Shown: positions 52,826 through 64,000 of the stretch, piece after piece
How positions within the stretch are numbered: the stretch's first letter is position 1
Layout of the letters: the number at the start of each line of letters is the position of its first letter
Assembly: GCA_964016885.1 (NCBI GenBank)
Contig: OZ024741.1
Coordinates: forward strand, 121,024,001-121,088,000
Origin: Eledone cirrhosa
Taxonomy: Eukaryota
DNA length: 64,000 nucleotides
Reading direction: 5' to 3'
The notes under the pieces: generated by a model
Seen by the model: only the letters and a program-made list of their open reading frames with translations
The model's database searches: none
Told to the model about the DNA's origin: nothing
Made by a program: the position numbers and the translations under genes

Positions 52826-54141
52826 CACACACATATTTTTTAATGTAGCCGTCCCACTGTAACGGTCTCTAGGGGTACCTTACCCGATTCTCGCAACCAT
52901 TATTAATTAGAAGGGCGGTGGATTGGCAGTATCGGTAGAGAAACGGATGCCATGCTTTCCAGCATAGAGTTACGTCCCTTTAAGAACTGAGTTCAAATCC
53001 CGCCGAGGTTAAATTTGCCTTTCATCCTTACGGGGTCGATAAAATAAAGTACCAGTGATGTATTGGGTAATTGCTGGCCTTTTACCAAATGTAGAAACAA
53101 TTATTAATTAGAAGGCCAAGTGCTGCGGATTGGCAGAGTCGAAGAACGCCGGATGTGCTTTGCGGTTTATAGTTACGTCCCTTCAAATTTCGCCGTGGTT
53201 AGCTTTGCCTTTCATCCTTACGAGGTCGATAAAATAAAGTACCAATAATGCACTAATGTCGATTTAATCGACTTTCCCTTCCCCTCAAATTGTTGACCCT
53301 GCCTAAATAAAACCCTTATTTATAGTGGTCAACTATTATTTTTGTCATTTACATTGGTGACGACAATATTTCAAATTTTCTCAATGTTTCTTAAATCAAA
53401 TGGATGTCCACACTTCTTGTTATACACTTAAATTATCCTACAAGACTGCAACCTGTGGCCAGGTACTCTTGGGTATCGGTTAACATAGTCATTCGTCATC
53501 CGAGAAATGTGCTGTTCGATTCCTCCCATACACCCCTGTTCTTGTCTATGTTTTTCTGTCTTCAGGTGTACTTGACCTGGTTTTTCTAAACTATTATTTA
53601 CAGTGATCGACTATTGTTTTAGCCATTTAGCTAGTTTCAAATTTCAAAATTTCTCTTTTTCTTAAGCCAAGCGGATTATATATATATATATATACAAGTG
53701 GAAGCTTAGTAAAATCGAAGCTTTGGCTGTGGGCAAGCAAAGTCGACCTACAATAGGAATGAGTTAGCAAAGCACTCAATAAGGGTAGGTCCTTAGAGTA
53801 ATAACATACGTTTAAATAGCTTGATAAATTGAACATTGCGGTAGGCAAAACCCAACCACACAATACCAAAGTAACGAAAGAACTAACAGGTTAAAAATAT
53901 ACACCTGGACAAATCAAACGATATACGTTTAAAGTGTTTCTATGAATCCGAAATCAGTTATCCAACTTACGTAACAGGCACGCTCGTGGTATTCCATGAT
54001 CGAACAGAGGATTCATTTCATCAACAGGGATTTCGTTCTGCCAAAAATCGGAGTGGACAAGCTAAATGCGGCCGCTAAGAAGGCAGCCAGCGAACACTTA
54101 GTTGTCACTATATATATAGTAATAATAAATATATATATATT

Positions 54142-54173
<32 letters not shown>

Positions 54174-54497
54174 TGTATGTATGTATGTATGTATGTATGT
54201 ATGTTATCCGGTTGACTTAAGAAAAAGGGAAATTTTGAAACGAGTCGTCTCGAGCTAAATGGCTAATACAATAGTCGATCACTGAAGGCGCGTGGCTGAG
54301 TGGTTAGAGAATTGGATTCGCAATCGTGAGGTTGCGAATTTGATTCCCGGACCGGGCGATGCGTTATGTCCTTGGGCAAGACACTTTATTTCACGTTGCT
54401 CCTTCTACCTGGAGTTGCGACCGATAGATAGTATTAGCAATTGGAAAGACCAACGGAAATATTGTTTCCTCGGTCTGATTTGACGAAAGTCGATCGA

Positions 54498-54650
<153 letters not shown>

Positions 54651-56863
54651 TGTGTGTGTGTACGGGTCTGTCCGTCTTTGTTGTTTTTCCAATTTTCTTT
54701 GTCCTGTGCGCCCCCCCCCCCCTATTTTGAATATATATATATAATTGTTTAGCCAAGGAGAGAAGGACAGAACCTCTGAGATGGTAGGAGAGAGAAAGCT
54801 GCCCTCAAATCATGTCTTGATTAAGGATACATATCGCCCGGTCTGGGAATCAAACTCGTCAACTCACGTGTCCGACAATCTAACTACTAGGCCACAGACC
54901 TTCACTTTTTTTTTTAAAATTAAAACTTGTTAAATATTGTTAAAATTTCCAAAATAATTGTCACTAACAAAAAAAAATATAAATTTAGTTTGTATCAGAT
55001 ATTTGATTAAAAAATTCAGCTTAAAATAAGGAAGGTAACTCTAAACTCTCTCGTCCTCTATACACACTTTGAAATATCAACGGTTATTAGTGACATTTTG
55101 TGATAGTCACATCGGATATTTATTTATTAATTACATATACACTACCGATTTTCTGGCAACTGAAATCCGGACATAATTATAAGTGGACACTTTTAAGGAC
55201 AGTCGTAATCGGCCATATATACATATATACTACTGGTTTTCCAGCAACATGGTTGCGTATCTCTTTTAATCCGGACATAATCATGAGTCGACACTTTAAT
55301 TTCCTGCAACAATTACTACTGACATTGGTTTTCGATATTGGAATAAGTGACCATTTTTATGTCGAATGAAGTGGGTGGTGGTAAGTTTTGACGAGTTTCT
55401 TGGCTTTGGAAAAACTTTAACTCTCAGTCAAAGCTAACTGTGGTTAAACTACAACAACAGCTCTTTCTCATCAACCGTAATGCTACCCCCACCCCCAAAC
55501 TATTCGAGGGTCGCAATATGATCGAATGGTTAAGAGGTTTGCTTTTCAATCATTAGGTTCCAGGTTCTATCCCACTGCGTGACATCTTGGGCAAGTGACA
55601 TTTACCATAGCTTTGGATCAACCCATGTCTTATGAATGAAGTTGGGTAGACAGAAACTGTTTGGAAGCCCCCCCCCCGATGGACTGTATCTGTAATTAGA
55701 AGGCCCAGCATTGTCAGACACTTTGTGACAATTTCTCCGAGAATTACATTAAAGATACACGTGTCTGTGGAATGCTCAGCCACTTACAATATAATGCTAG
55801 GTAGACTATACTTGTAATTTAAAAGGATAGTTTTGTTCCATATTGTGTCATGCTGAATCTCCCTGAGAATTACATTAAGCGTACACATGTTTGTGGAATG
55901 TCTAACCACTTTGTGTTAATTTCACGACTAGGCTGTGCCGCTGATCAACTAACTGGAATACTCATCGTCGAAATCGATGGTGGTACATCGATCGAAACCT
56001 TAATACAAACATTTCCTTTTCTGAACCGGCCCCTAAATGACATATAGTCTTTTATTATCAAGACTGGAGCTACTGGGAGAAATTTTCCTCTTTCGTGTTA
56101 CTGAATTTTTTAAAATACCAGGTAGAATCGCCACAAAGCGAGAGACCACAGCTCCGATACTACGGATATATGGTTAGAATGCCCCAAGAAAGAATCGCTG
56201 AACAGATTTTACGGGCGAGACCCATGAGTAGCCCAGGAGTAGCCCGCGAGTTAGATAGTTGGATAATATCCATGAGATGACCAGATTAGCAATAAATAAA
56301 AAGTTTGTTACCCAACTCCATTTCATTCCTTTGATGGAAAGGGGCTCCTATGCTCTTTCTCTGCTGAACTTGTCAAACATTGGAACTGGGTTTTTAATAT
56401 ATATGTGTACATGTAGTCCACGTAGTAAATGTGGTTGGCGTTAGGAAGGGCATGCAGCCATAGAATCCAAGCCAGAAACAGTTCTGTATGAGCAAAACAC
56501 GGTCACCTGATCTGGCATGTCTCATAACTCGTCTAACTCATGCTAGCGTGAAAAAAAATAGACGTTAAGGGATGATGATAACGATGATGGTGTAGTAATG
56601 ACAATACATATATTGTTGACATGAGCATTTATATCGAAGCAGACGAGTCATATATATATATATATGCTAATATATGAAATTAGATTGTTTCATATTTCTG
56701 AGTCTTTTATCACAAAACATTAATACATTTACATATATATATATATTCATGTGCACACATATACGCTACGCTTAAAACATGCGTGTGTACATAATCAGAA
56801 GTGGCAACATTCCAAGAACATATATATGTATGTGTATATATATATATATTTCTCAGGAGATAT

Positions 56864-57838
56864 TTAACCGTAGCTGAAGACCAAACAATCGTAGACTTCG
56901 GCCAAGGATTTCAGACAATTAAACAAAATGCTGATATCACGAGCTTCGCTTTCATTTTCTGCTAAATCTATAAGAAGGCAGCGTACAATACTGGAATCTT
57001 CTTCGGTACACCAGTTCAGCATGACGCAGTAGTTGGTATCGCCCTTTCGACCAAAGCGCTGCATTGTATTCTTTGAGAATGAGGCATGTTCCTCAAAGAT
57101 GTAACCATGCTTATGTAAATAGATGAATACTCGAAGAAAGCGTCTAAGAATGCGGAGAACTTGCTGTTTGGTCATGGTGCTTTTGTCTGCGTTGTTTTCT
57201 GTCAGGTAGCCGCAGTTCTGTAGTAAGAGGTCAACAAAATCTTGTACCGATGTGGCAGTATAGCTTGTTAGAACTCTATCGGTGACGAGCTTAAGAATGC
57301 GGCAGTCGAGCTGATGAGTAATCTCCCCGAAAAGTTTCTCTTTATCCGAGGCGTTTATTTGACCGTTCCACTTGATCATAGCGTTCAGACTGTCGGAAAG
57401 TATCAAAGCATTGACCCTCTCATCCTCATTTTCGGCCACATCACTGATGAGGAATTTTAAGTGGTCTGGGTCATGTCGAGCACAAATTCTAGCAATGGCG
57501 AAATAATGGTCTGAAGCTGGACGGCCATATTTTGAAACCATATGCCGTGAAAACGGTCCGTGGATATCTACGGAATATCCATAATTTTTCAGCAGAAACA
57601 GCACCTCCATTAGTCGGATGAAAACTCTGCGAATGATAGAGGAACCGAAATATTTACACATTTCATTGTTATCTAGGTAAAGTAACCGAAGGAGCCCCAT
57701 TACATCTGCGTACTGCTCCAGATCCCTATGTAACCCCGATATGGAATAAAAACATATCCTTTGGTCTAACTGGTAGGCGATCTCTCCAATAAGTGGGCGC
57801 CATTCTTCAAAGTAGGTTTCTGATGAATGCACCAGCAT
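56864..57838 (-). CDS. 324-aa protein with two tandem Speriolin C-terminal (SPATC1/SPATC1L-like) domains, uninterrupted ORF
   Basis: Long non-repetitive ORF with an internal repeat: LIGEIAYQLDQRI...GYSVDIHGPFSRHMVSKYG...LKFLISDV...ALILSDSL and LFGEITHQLDCRI...GYIFEEHASFSKNTMQRFG...VRCLLIDL...SILFNCLKSLAEVYDCLVFSYG. Both match the recalled Speriolin_C pattern GEIAFQLDRRI...GYxxxxHxxFSEFLINTYG...LLLNCLxxLS...LFAW. Splice acceptor cttttcgtttttcgttatag at 57910-57891. Confidence 0.85.
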   Translation of the reverse strand: MLVHSSETYFEEWRPLIGEIAYQLDQRICFYSISGLHRDLEQYADVMGLLRLLYLDNNEMCKYFGSSIIRRVFIRLMEVLFLLKNYGYSVDIHGPFSRHMVSKYGRPASDHYFAIARICARHDPDHLKFLISDVAENEDERVNALILSDSLNAMIKWNGQINASDKEKLFGEITHQLDCRILKLVTDRVLTSYTATSVQDFVDLLLQNCGYLTENNADKSTMTKQQVLRILRRFLRVFIYLHKHGYIFEEHASFSKNTMQRFGRKGDTNYCVMLNWCTEEDSSIVRCLLIDLAENESEARDISILFNCLKSLAEVYDCLVFSYG

Positions 57839-57948
57839 CGTAAGAGTTGGTTGTATGTGTTCGTAATCAACAGATGGTATGAAGAACAGCCTATAACGAA
57901 AAACGAAAAGTATGTCATCATCAATCTTATATAAATGAAAGTTCTTGA

Positions 57949-58250
57949 TTGTGTCCGCCTAAAACATGTGTACCCAAGATTTACATTGTGTACATCGTAT
58001 GGAGTATATGCCTACTCCCTTTCTACATATTGAGCAGGGCCACTTCCCAGAAGGAATCGGTCCTATCTTCTCTCCTACTCACTAGCACTTTAGTTTTGGC
58101 TAAGTTTACTCTTAGGCTTTTTAATTCTAAATTTTGTTTCCATAGTCGGAACTTCTTTTCTAGTCCTTTAATGGCTTCGGATATAAGGACCAGATCATCT
58201 GCATAGAGAAGTTCCCATGGGCATCCGGTCTTAAACTCCTCTGTTATAGC
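57949..58250 (-). mobile_element. RTE LINE RT fragment just 5' of the speriolin-like exon
   Basis: AITEEFKTGCPWELLYADDLVLISEA...VNLAKTKVL. Confidence 0.88.
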
Positions 58251-58269
58251 TACACACACACACACACAT

Positions 58270-58340
<71 letters not shown>

Positions 58341-58356
58341 TGTATGTATGTATGTA

Positions 58357-58429
<73 letters not shown>

Positions 58430-58449
58430 ACGTGCACGTGTTTATGTGG

Positions 58450-59330
58450 AATGTACAGGCAAGACGTGGTTCTCCTACTCGTCTAGTCTCAACTATGCTG
58501 ACATGGATTGAATGGGTTGTCACACTCCGGGACTTGACTAGTCAGGGAACCGCAAGCGAGAGAAGTCAAGCTCATGGATGTTATCCAACCATCTTGCTCA
58601 GGATCTACCCCGGGGTCTCCTGTCGGTTGGTTTTGCCCGTAAAATCTATCCACCGATTCTTTCCTCAGATATTCTAACCACATGCCCATAGTATCGGAGC
58701 TATGATCTCTCAATTCGGAGAACTAGTGGCTCTACCTGGAGTTACTCTCTGATCTCCGAGATACGCACTCTATTGAGTAACGTTACTCCAAAGACCCTTC
58801 GGAGGAACCCCATTTTGGCCGCTTGTATTCGCGATTGTATTCTTTCAGTCGTTACCCAAGATCCATGACCATAGGTAAGGGTTGGCATGAATATCGAGTT
58901 GAAAATAGCGAGTTTGGCTTTTACGTCTACCTCCCTTCTGATTACTGAATGCTGAAGCTGGCGCATTACTGCACCAGCTCCTGCAATCCTTGCATTTAAT
59001 TCAGCCTCCTGCCTTCTATTACCCGTGACAAGGCCCGAGATACTTGAACTTCTCTATCTGCTTCAGGAAAGAATTCCTTTTCTATTTAAGGCTTTTAACA
59101 TCTCGGTCCCGATTTCATCCTCCCTAGCAGCCTTGCCATATTCGAGCTCTTTAACTGTCCTTGTGACCTCAGCCTCTGAGAGATTAGTCACCGTTCCCAA
59201 ATGCACCTCGTGTAGATCAGAAGAAACTGATATGATCGGGTTTACAGATCAGCAAAATATTCTTTCCAGCTCGCGAGCATGCACCTCTCTTCAGAGAGGA
59301 GAACCCTAGACGCATTTTTGATAGCAGGTG
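58450..59330 (-). mobile_element. second RTE-type LINE family fragment
   Basis: KAKLAIFNSIFMPTLTYG...IQAAKMGFLRRV and WKEYFADL motifs; related + strand pieces at about 41570-41880 and 56120-56280. Confidence 0.8.
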
Positions 59331-60626
59331 TGGAGGAGGGCTTCTTATTACGAAGTCGGCAAATGGTCTGCCAGAACACTATATTTGGCACAAGGCAAAC
59401 GATTTCTGAGGAGGGGAAAGTCGATTAAATCGACCCCTGTTCGTTATTGGTACTTGATATTATCGACCCCGTACTGATGAAAGGCAAAGTTAAATTTGGC
59501 GGAATTTGAACTCAGAATGCGAAAGGCTGTAACTATATGCTGCATAGCATTTTGTCCGGCAATAATGATTTCTAATTTAAGCACAAGGCCAGCAATTTAG
59601 GGGAATGAGAATGTCGATTATATCGACCGCAGTACTTGGTTGGTACTTTAATCTATTGACCCAGGATGGATGAAATGTAAAGTTAATCCCGGTGGGGTTT
59701 GATCTCAGAACGTAAAGGGGTGGAACGAATGAATGATGACTTAATGACTTACCGTTGTTAGTATCGTAATCATCCAAGTAATAACCAATAGCAATATATA
59801 TGTGTGTGTATCTGTGTGTGTGTGTGTGTGTGTCTAGGTGTGTGTGTATGTGGATAGGGGTTGGTGCGGGTGAACAGCTTTTGACCGCTGTGCCCTTTTT
59901 ACTATCTAACAATAATGATAGTAATCGGTCAGTTACCAGAAATAAGTTTATTTCCAGTTTCAATGATTACAAGAGCACACACACCCAGACAGACATACAG
60001 ACAAACAGACAGACACATATACACAGACACACACACACTCACACACAACCCTAACAACTACAACTACGGACGCAACCAAAACGTTTTTCGTTACGTGTGT
60101 ATTTTTGAGTTTTCTTTAGCGTCAAAAACATTTCAAATCTTAACGAAGAAACGCTGAGCCGGATTAAGACAAAAATGGAACCAACTACGTACAATTAAAT
60201 CGCCTGATTTACTCAGATTTAATCACAATTGAAGCTAGCTTTGCCCGGCAGGGAGTCACCAAATATGGTGGCAGGCAGGAACCACTCATTATGTCAATGA
60301 AAGGAAGGAAGCTCGCCTGGTACAGTCACATAACCCGTCACACATCCCTATAAATAAATAAACATTTTCCAATGCACAGCTGAAGGAAAGCGAAAGAAGA
60401 GGCAAACAAAGAAATTCCTGGCCCGGCAACTCCAAAGACAGGACAGATCACATGATAGTGACCCTTTTGCTGTGTATGACGGAGGACAGCGACCAGTGGC
60501 GACTGCTAACTGAAAACGTTCAAAGTGACACGCCTACAACTGGCTGTACTAGTTACGGGAACTTAATAATGAAACCAGCTATATTTTATCGAATTTAGCC
60601 AAAACTGAAATCAACTACATACATCT

Positions 60627-61325
60627 CTAAAATTGTCAAGAAAGCCGAGGGTGTCTTAGCATCACTCAGCAAGACCTTTGTCAGCCGCTCTCCAGTTGTC
60701 TATTTAAAGCTGTATATAGCTGAGGTGCGGCCACACTTAGAATTTGCATCACCAATCTGGAACCCCTATCTTGCTCAGAACATTGACCTCTTGGAAACTG
60801 TTCAGAGACGTGCAGCCAAGTGAATACTCTCCATCAGGCATCTACCATACTCTGAACGCCTTGCTTCCCTGGTAATAGATACATTGAAGCTCCGACGTCT
60901 GACAGCTGATTTGGTAGACATCCACAAGATTATTAACCATCTTGCCAACAACAACCCTGATCACCTTTTTGAATTCCATGTGTCTAACACACGTGGGCAT
61001 GCCTACAAAGTCAGAAAACAGCTCAGCTCCCACGACTTTCGGAAACATTTTTTCACGCTCAGAGTTGCTGAAGCATGGAACAAACTACCCGCATCAGTTG
61101 TTAGCTGCCGACACACTGCATCCTTTAAAACCTCCATGCTTCCTGAAATTCGCCAACACTACACCTGATGTCCCCTCTCCATACACACCCACACATGTAT
61201 ATCATGACTCATACACTGTTCACTTTCCTGACATTTGTACATTATTCTATGTAATATACATGCACCTTTGATGAGTATAGTGCACCTGAGCACTGTACAC
61301 AATAATTTCATTATTATTATTATTT
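60627..61325 (+). mobile_element. CR1/L2-type LINE 3' fragment
   Basis: RPHLEFASPIWNPYL...LETVQRRA; TRGHAYK...RKHFFTLRVAEAWNKLP; (ATT)n tail; TACATCT on both sides may be a TSD; same 3' end on - strand at about 20295-20420. Confidence 0.88.
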
Positions 61326-62357
61326 TACATCTAAAGGGCCTGATTTTGTCGAATTTAACCAAAACTGAAATCAACTACATACATCTAAAGGGTTTGTCTC
61401 AGTCTGAAACAGTCTCTCAAAATTTTACATTTTTAGCATGGTACAATTTTTATTATTATTATTATTGGTTTGGCAGTATCGGTAGAAGGTCGGACACCAT
61501 GCTTTGCAGCATAGAGTTACGGCCCTTTATGATCTGAGTTCAAATTCTGCTGAGGTTAACTTTTCCTCTCATCCTTACGGGGTCGATAAAATAAAGCACC
61601 AGTAACGTCCTGGGATCGATTTAATCGACTTTCCCCTCCCCAAACTACTGACCTTGTTCCTATACTACAAATCATTATTATTATTGTTATAAAATAAGCA
61701 CCAGTAATGTACTGGGATAATTGCTGGTCTTGTGCCAAAAGTAGAAACAATTATTATTATTATAAAATATATATAAGGGCTGTAGATTGGCAGTATCGGT
61801 AGACACCCGGCTTCGCGGCATTGAATTACGGTCCTTTACGTTTTGAATTCAAATCTCGCTGAGGTTATCTTTGCTTGTCATCCTTACGGGATCGATAAAA
61901 TAAAGTAACTGTTACGCACTGGGATCGATTTAATCGACTTTCCTCTCCCCCAAATCAGAAACCATTATTATGAAATAGATAGGCGGTGGGTTGGCAGTAT
62001 CGGTAGAGGGTCGGACGCCATGCTTTCTAGCATAGTTACGTCCCTTTACAGTCTGAGTTCAAATCCCACCGAGGTTAACTTTGCCTTTCATCCTTACGAG
62101 GTCGATAAAATAAAGTACCAGTAATGCACTTGGTAATTGCTGGCCTTGTGCCTAAAGTAGAAACAATTATTATGAAATAGATAGAAAGACAGGACATTAA
62201 CAGTGAAGGAGAGCATGTTCCAATGCAGTTATTTATACGAGACTGTCATTCCCGTGTGGGTCTGTACATCCATCACCGACATTGCACCACCATCAGGTGC
62301 GGAAACAAAATTCTCCTGGCACAAACCCGTGGTCTTTCTGCTAATCTCTCCCTCTCG

Positions 62358-62425
<68 letters not shown>

Positions 62426-62428
<3 letters not shown>

Positions 62429-62487
62429 ATAATAATAAATTTGAAGACTAAAATAAAGTGCTTAAACTTTAATCTGTTATTTTAATA

Positions 62488-62521
<34 letters not shown>

Positions 62522-62596
62522 CGGTTCTTATATATTTGATATATATTTATCCTTATCGAGCCCTCTTTGGATTTTAGTCTTCAAATTTATTATTAT

Positions 62597-62599
<3 letters not shown>
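62426..62599. mobile_element. small element with perfect 29-bp terminal inverted repeats, embedded in (TA)n
   Basis: gtaataataataaatttgaagactaaaat (62426-62454) and its reverse complement (62571-62599); internal gcttaaactttaatctgttattttaa shared with 42845-42870. Confidence 0.7.
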
Positions 62600-62633
<34 letters not shown>

Positions 62634-62705
62634 AACTCTACTATCCTAAGTATTGAGTACTCTGGTGCGTTATGGTCCATCTGATTCCTTACCACACCTC
62701 CTTCG

Positions 62706-62740
<35 letters not shown>

Positions 62741-62743
<3 letters not shown>

Positions 62744-63665
62744 TCATCATCATTTTACATCCGCTTTTCCCTGCTTGCAAGGGTGGAACGGTTCCTATTC
62801 ACCACTGCATATCTCCATTCGTCACGCTCCTTTGTCATCTCTCCTGTGTGCTTCAGTGATCTGAGGTCAGCTCCCACAACCTCCGCCCATGGTTTTCGAG
62901 GTCTTCCTCTACTGCGTCTTCCTTCCACTGGGATTTCTTGGCACTTCTTTACTCAGCGGTCCTCCTCCATGCGCATCACATGTCCATACCAACGCAGTCT
63001 TCTCTCCCGCACACTATAGCCTATCCCTCTAATACACAATTTCTCTCTCAACTCGTCTATGCTTGGTCGTTCCCGCACATTAACATTGCACATCCAACGG
63101 AGCATGCCTGTTTCATTTCTCACTACATCTCTTGTGTACCCAAGATCTGGATTGTGTACATTTTATAGTATTTATGCCAACTCCTTTTCTACATATCGAA
63201 CATGGCCATTTCCCTGATGGAATCAGAGTTTTGTTCTCTTTTTTACTTATAAACACTTTAGTCTTAGCTAGGTTCACTCTCAGTCCTCTTGATTCCAACT
63301 GCTGTTTCCATATCCAGAATTTATTCTCCAGCTCCTCTACTGATTCTGCTATGAGTACCAGATCATCAGCATAGAGAAGTTCCCATGGGCAGCCAGTCAT
63401 AAACTCCTCTGTTATGGCTTGGCGGACTATAATGAAGAAGAGCGGGCTGAGGACCGAACTCTGATGTACACCTACTTGTATCTGGAATTCCTCACTAAAC
63501 TCCATTCCTACTCTCACTTTACTGACAGCACGCCTGTACATAGCTAGCACTATCCTCACAAGCCATTCCTCTACACCTAGTTTCCTTAGGGACCACCAGA
63601 TGACAGATCGGGGTACTCTATCAAGGCCTTCTCTAGGTCAACAAAAGCTAAGTATAGTGGCTTAT
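62741..63665 (-). mobile_element. RTE LINE copy (same family as 50147-51148) with an internal deletion
   Basis: ORF GVHQSSVLSPLFF...LLYADDLVLIAES...KWPCSICRKGVG; junction near 63120 skips roughly 360 bp present in the 50.5-50.9 kb copy. Confidence 0.9.
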
Positions 63666-63720
63666 TGGATTGCCTTTTATTTTGTGTACCTATCTTCTGT
63701 GACCCTGTTTCTATTTTTGT

Positions 63721-63798
63721 ACTCCTGAAGAAGGGCTAAAATCCGACACGTCGAACTTTCTTTCCCCTTTTCCATATAAAGCGTGAAACTAATAAGAC
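63721..63798 (+). mobile_element. PLE pseudo-LTR remnant with degenerate hammerhead motif
   Basis: CTC CTGAAGA AGGG CTAAAAT CC GACA CGTC, then a pyrimidine tract and AAGCGTGAAACTAATA, the same downstream motif as at 43441-43457, 43679-43693 and about 2094-2110 (- strand). Confidence 0.45.
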
Positions 63799-64000
63799 AT
63801 GTTGTATCTCTGTTAGTCGTTTGCTTGAACTATATATATTAAGTAATGACTTAATTCAGTCACCGTAATTAATATTGTTTCTACTTTTGGCACAAGGCCA
63901 GCAATGAACCAGTATATTACTGGTACTTTATTTTATCGACCCCGTAAGGATGAAAGGCAAAGTTAATCTCGACGGGATTTGAACTCAGGCCGTAATGGGA

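Noticed and set aside
54285-54360. tRNA gene-like sequence (ggcgcgtggctgagtggttaga...)
   Set aside because: Continues into the SINE core (ccttgggcaagacactttatttcac), so it is a SINE head and not a tRNA gene; the same applies at 1482 and 16890.
62203-62360. Non-repetitive-looking island as an upstream coding exon of the speriolin-like gene
   Set aside because: No convincing - strand splice sites or phase-compatible frame found; probably another repeat fragment.

Overview
AT-rich, microsatellite- and transposon-dense animal genomic DNA. The repeat landscape looks like a coleoid cephalopod (Octopus-like); this is an inference. Two genes are supported by the sequence. (1) The 3' half of a GAP1-family Ras GTPase-activating protein (RASA3/RASA2-like) on the + strand: 12 phase-compatible GT-AG coding exons from 2304 to 23936 encoding the end of the RasGAP domain, a PH domain, a Btk zinc motif and the C-terminus. 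(2) A - strand 324-aa ORF (56864-57838) made of two tandem Speriolin_C-like domains in one exon. The rest is mostly tRNA-derived SINEs, RTE/CR1 LINE fragments, Penelope-like element (PLE) remnants, MITEs (piggyBac-, Tc1-, Merlin-like), a Helitron and mini/microsatellites. Best leads: a frame-preserving 21-nt microexon candidate in RASA3 (adds AKRKSIL, with UGC/UGCAUG at its 3' splice site); an apparently intact type I hammerhead ribozyme at the 3' end of a PLE plus several degenerate ones, two of them in a retrozyme-like tandem; the double-speriolin gene; near-perfect long palindromes; a convergent tRNA-like twin element; and a candidate antisense exon inside a RASA3 intron. All calls were made by eye with no database searches; TE boundaries are approximate.
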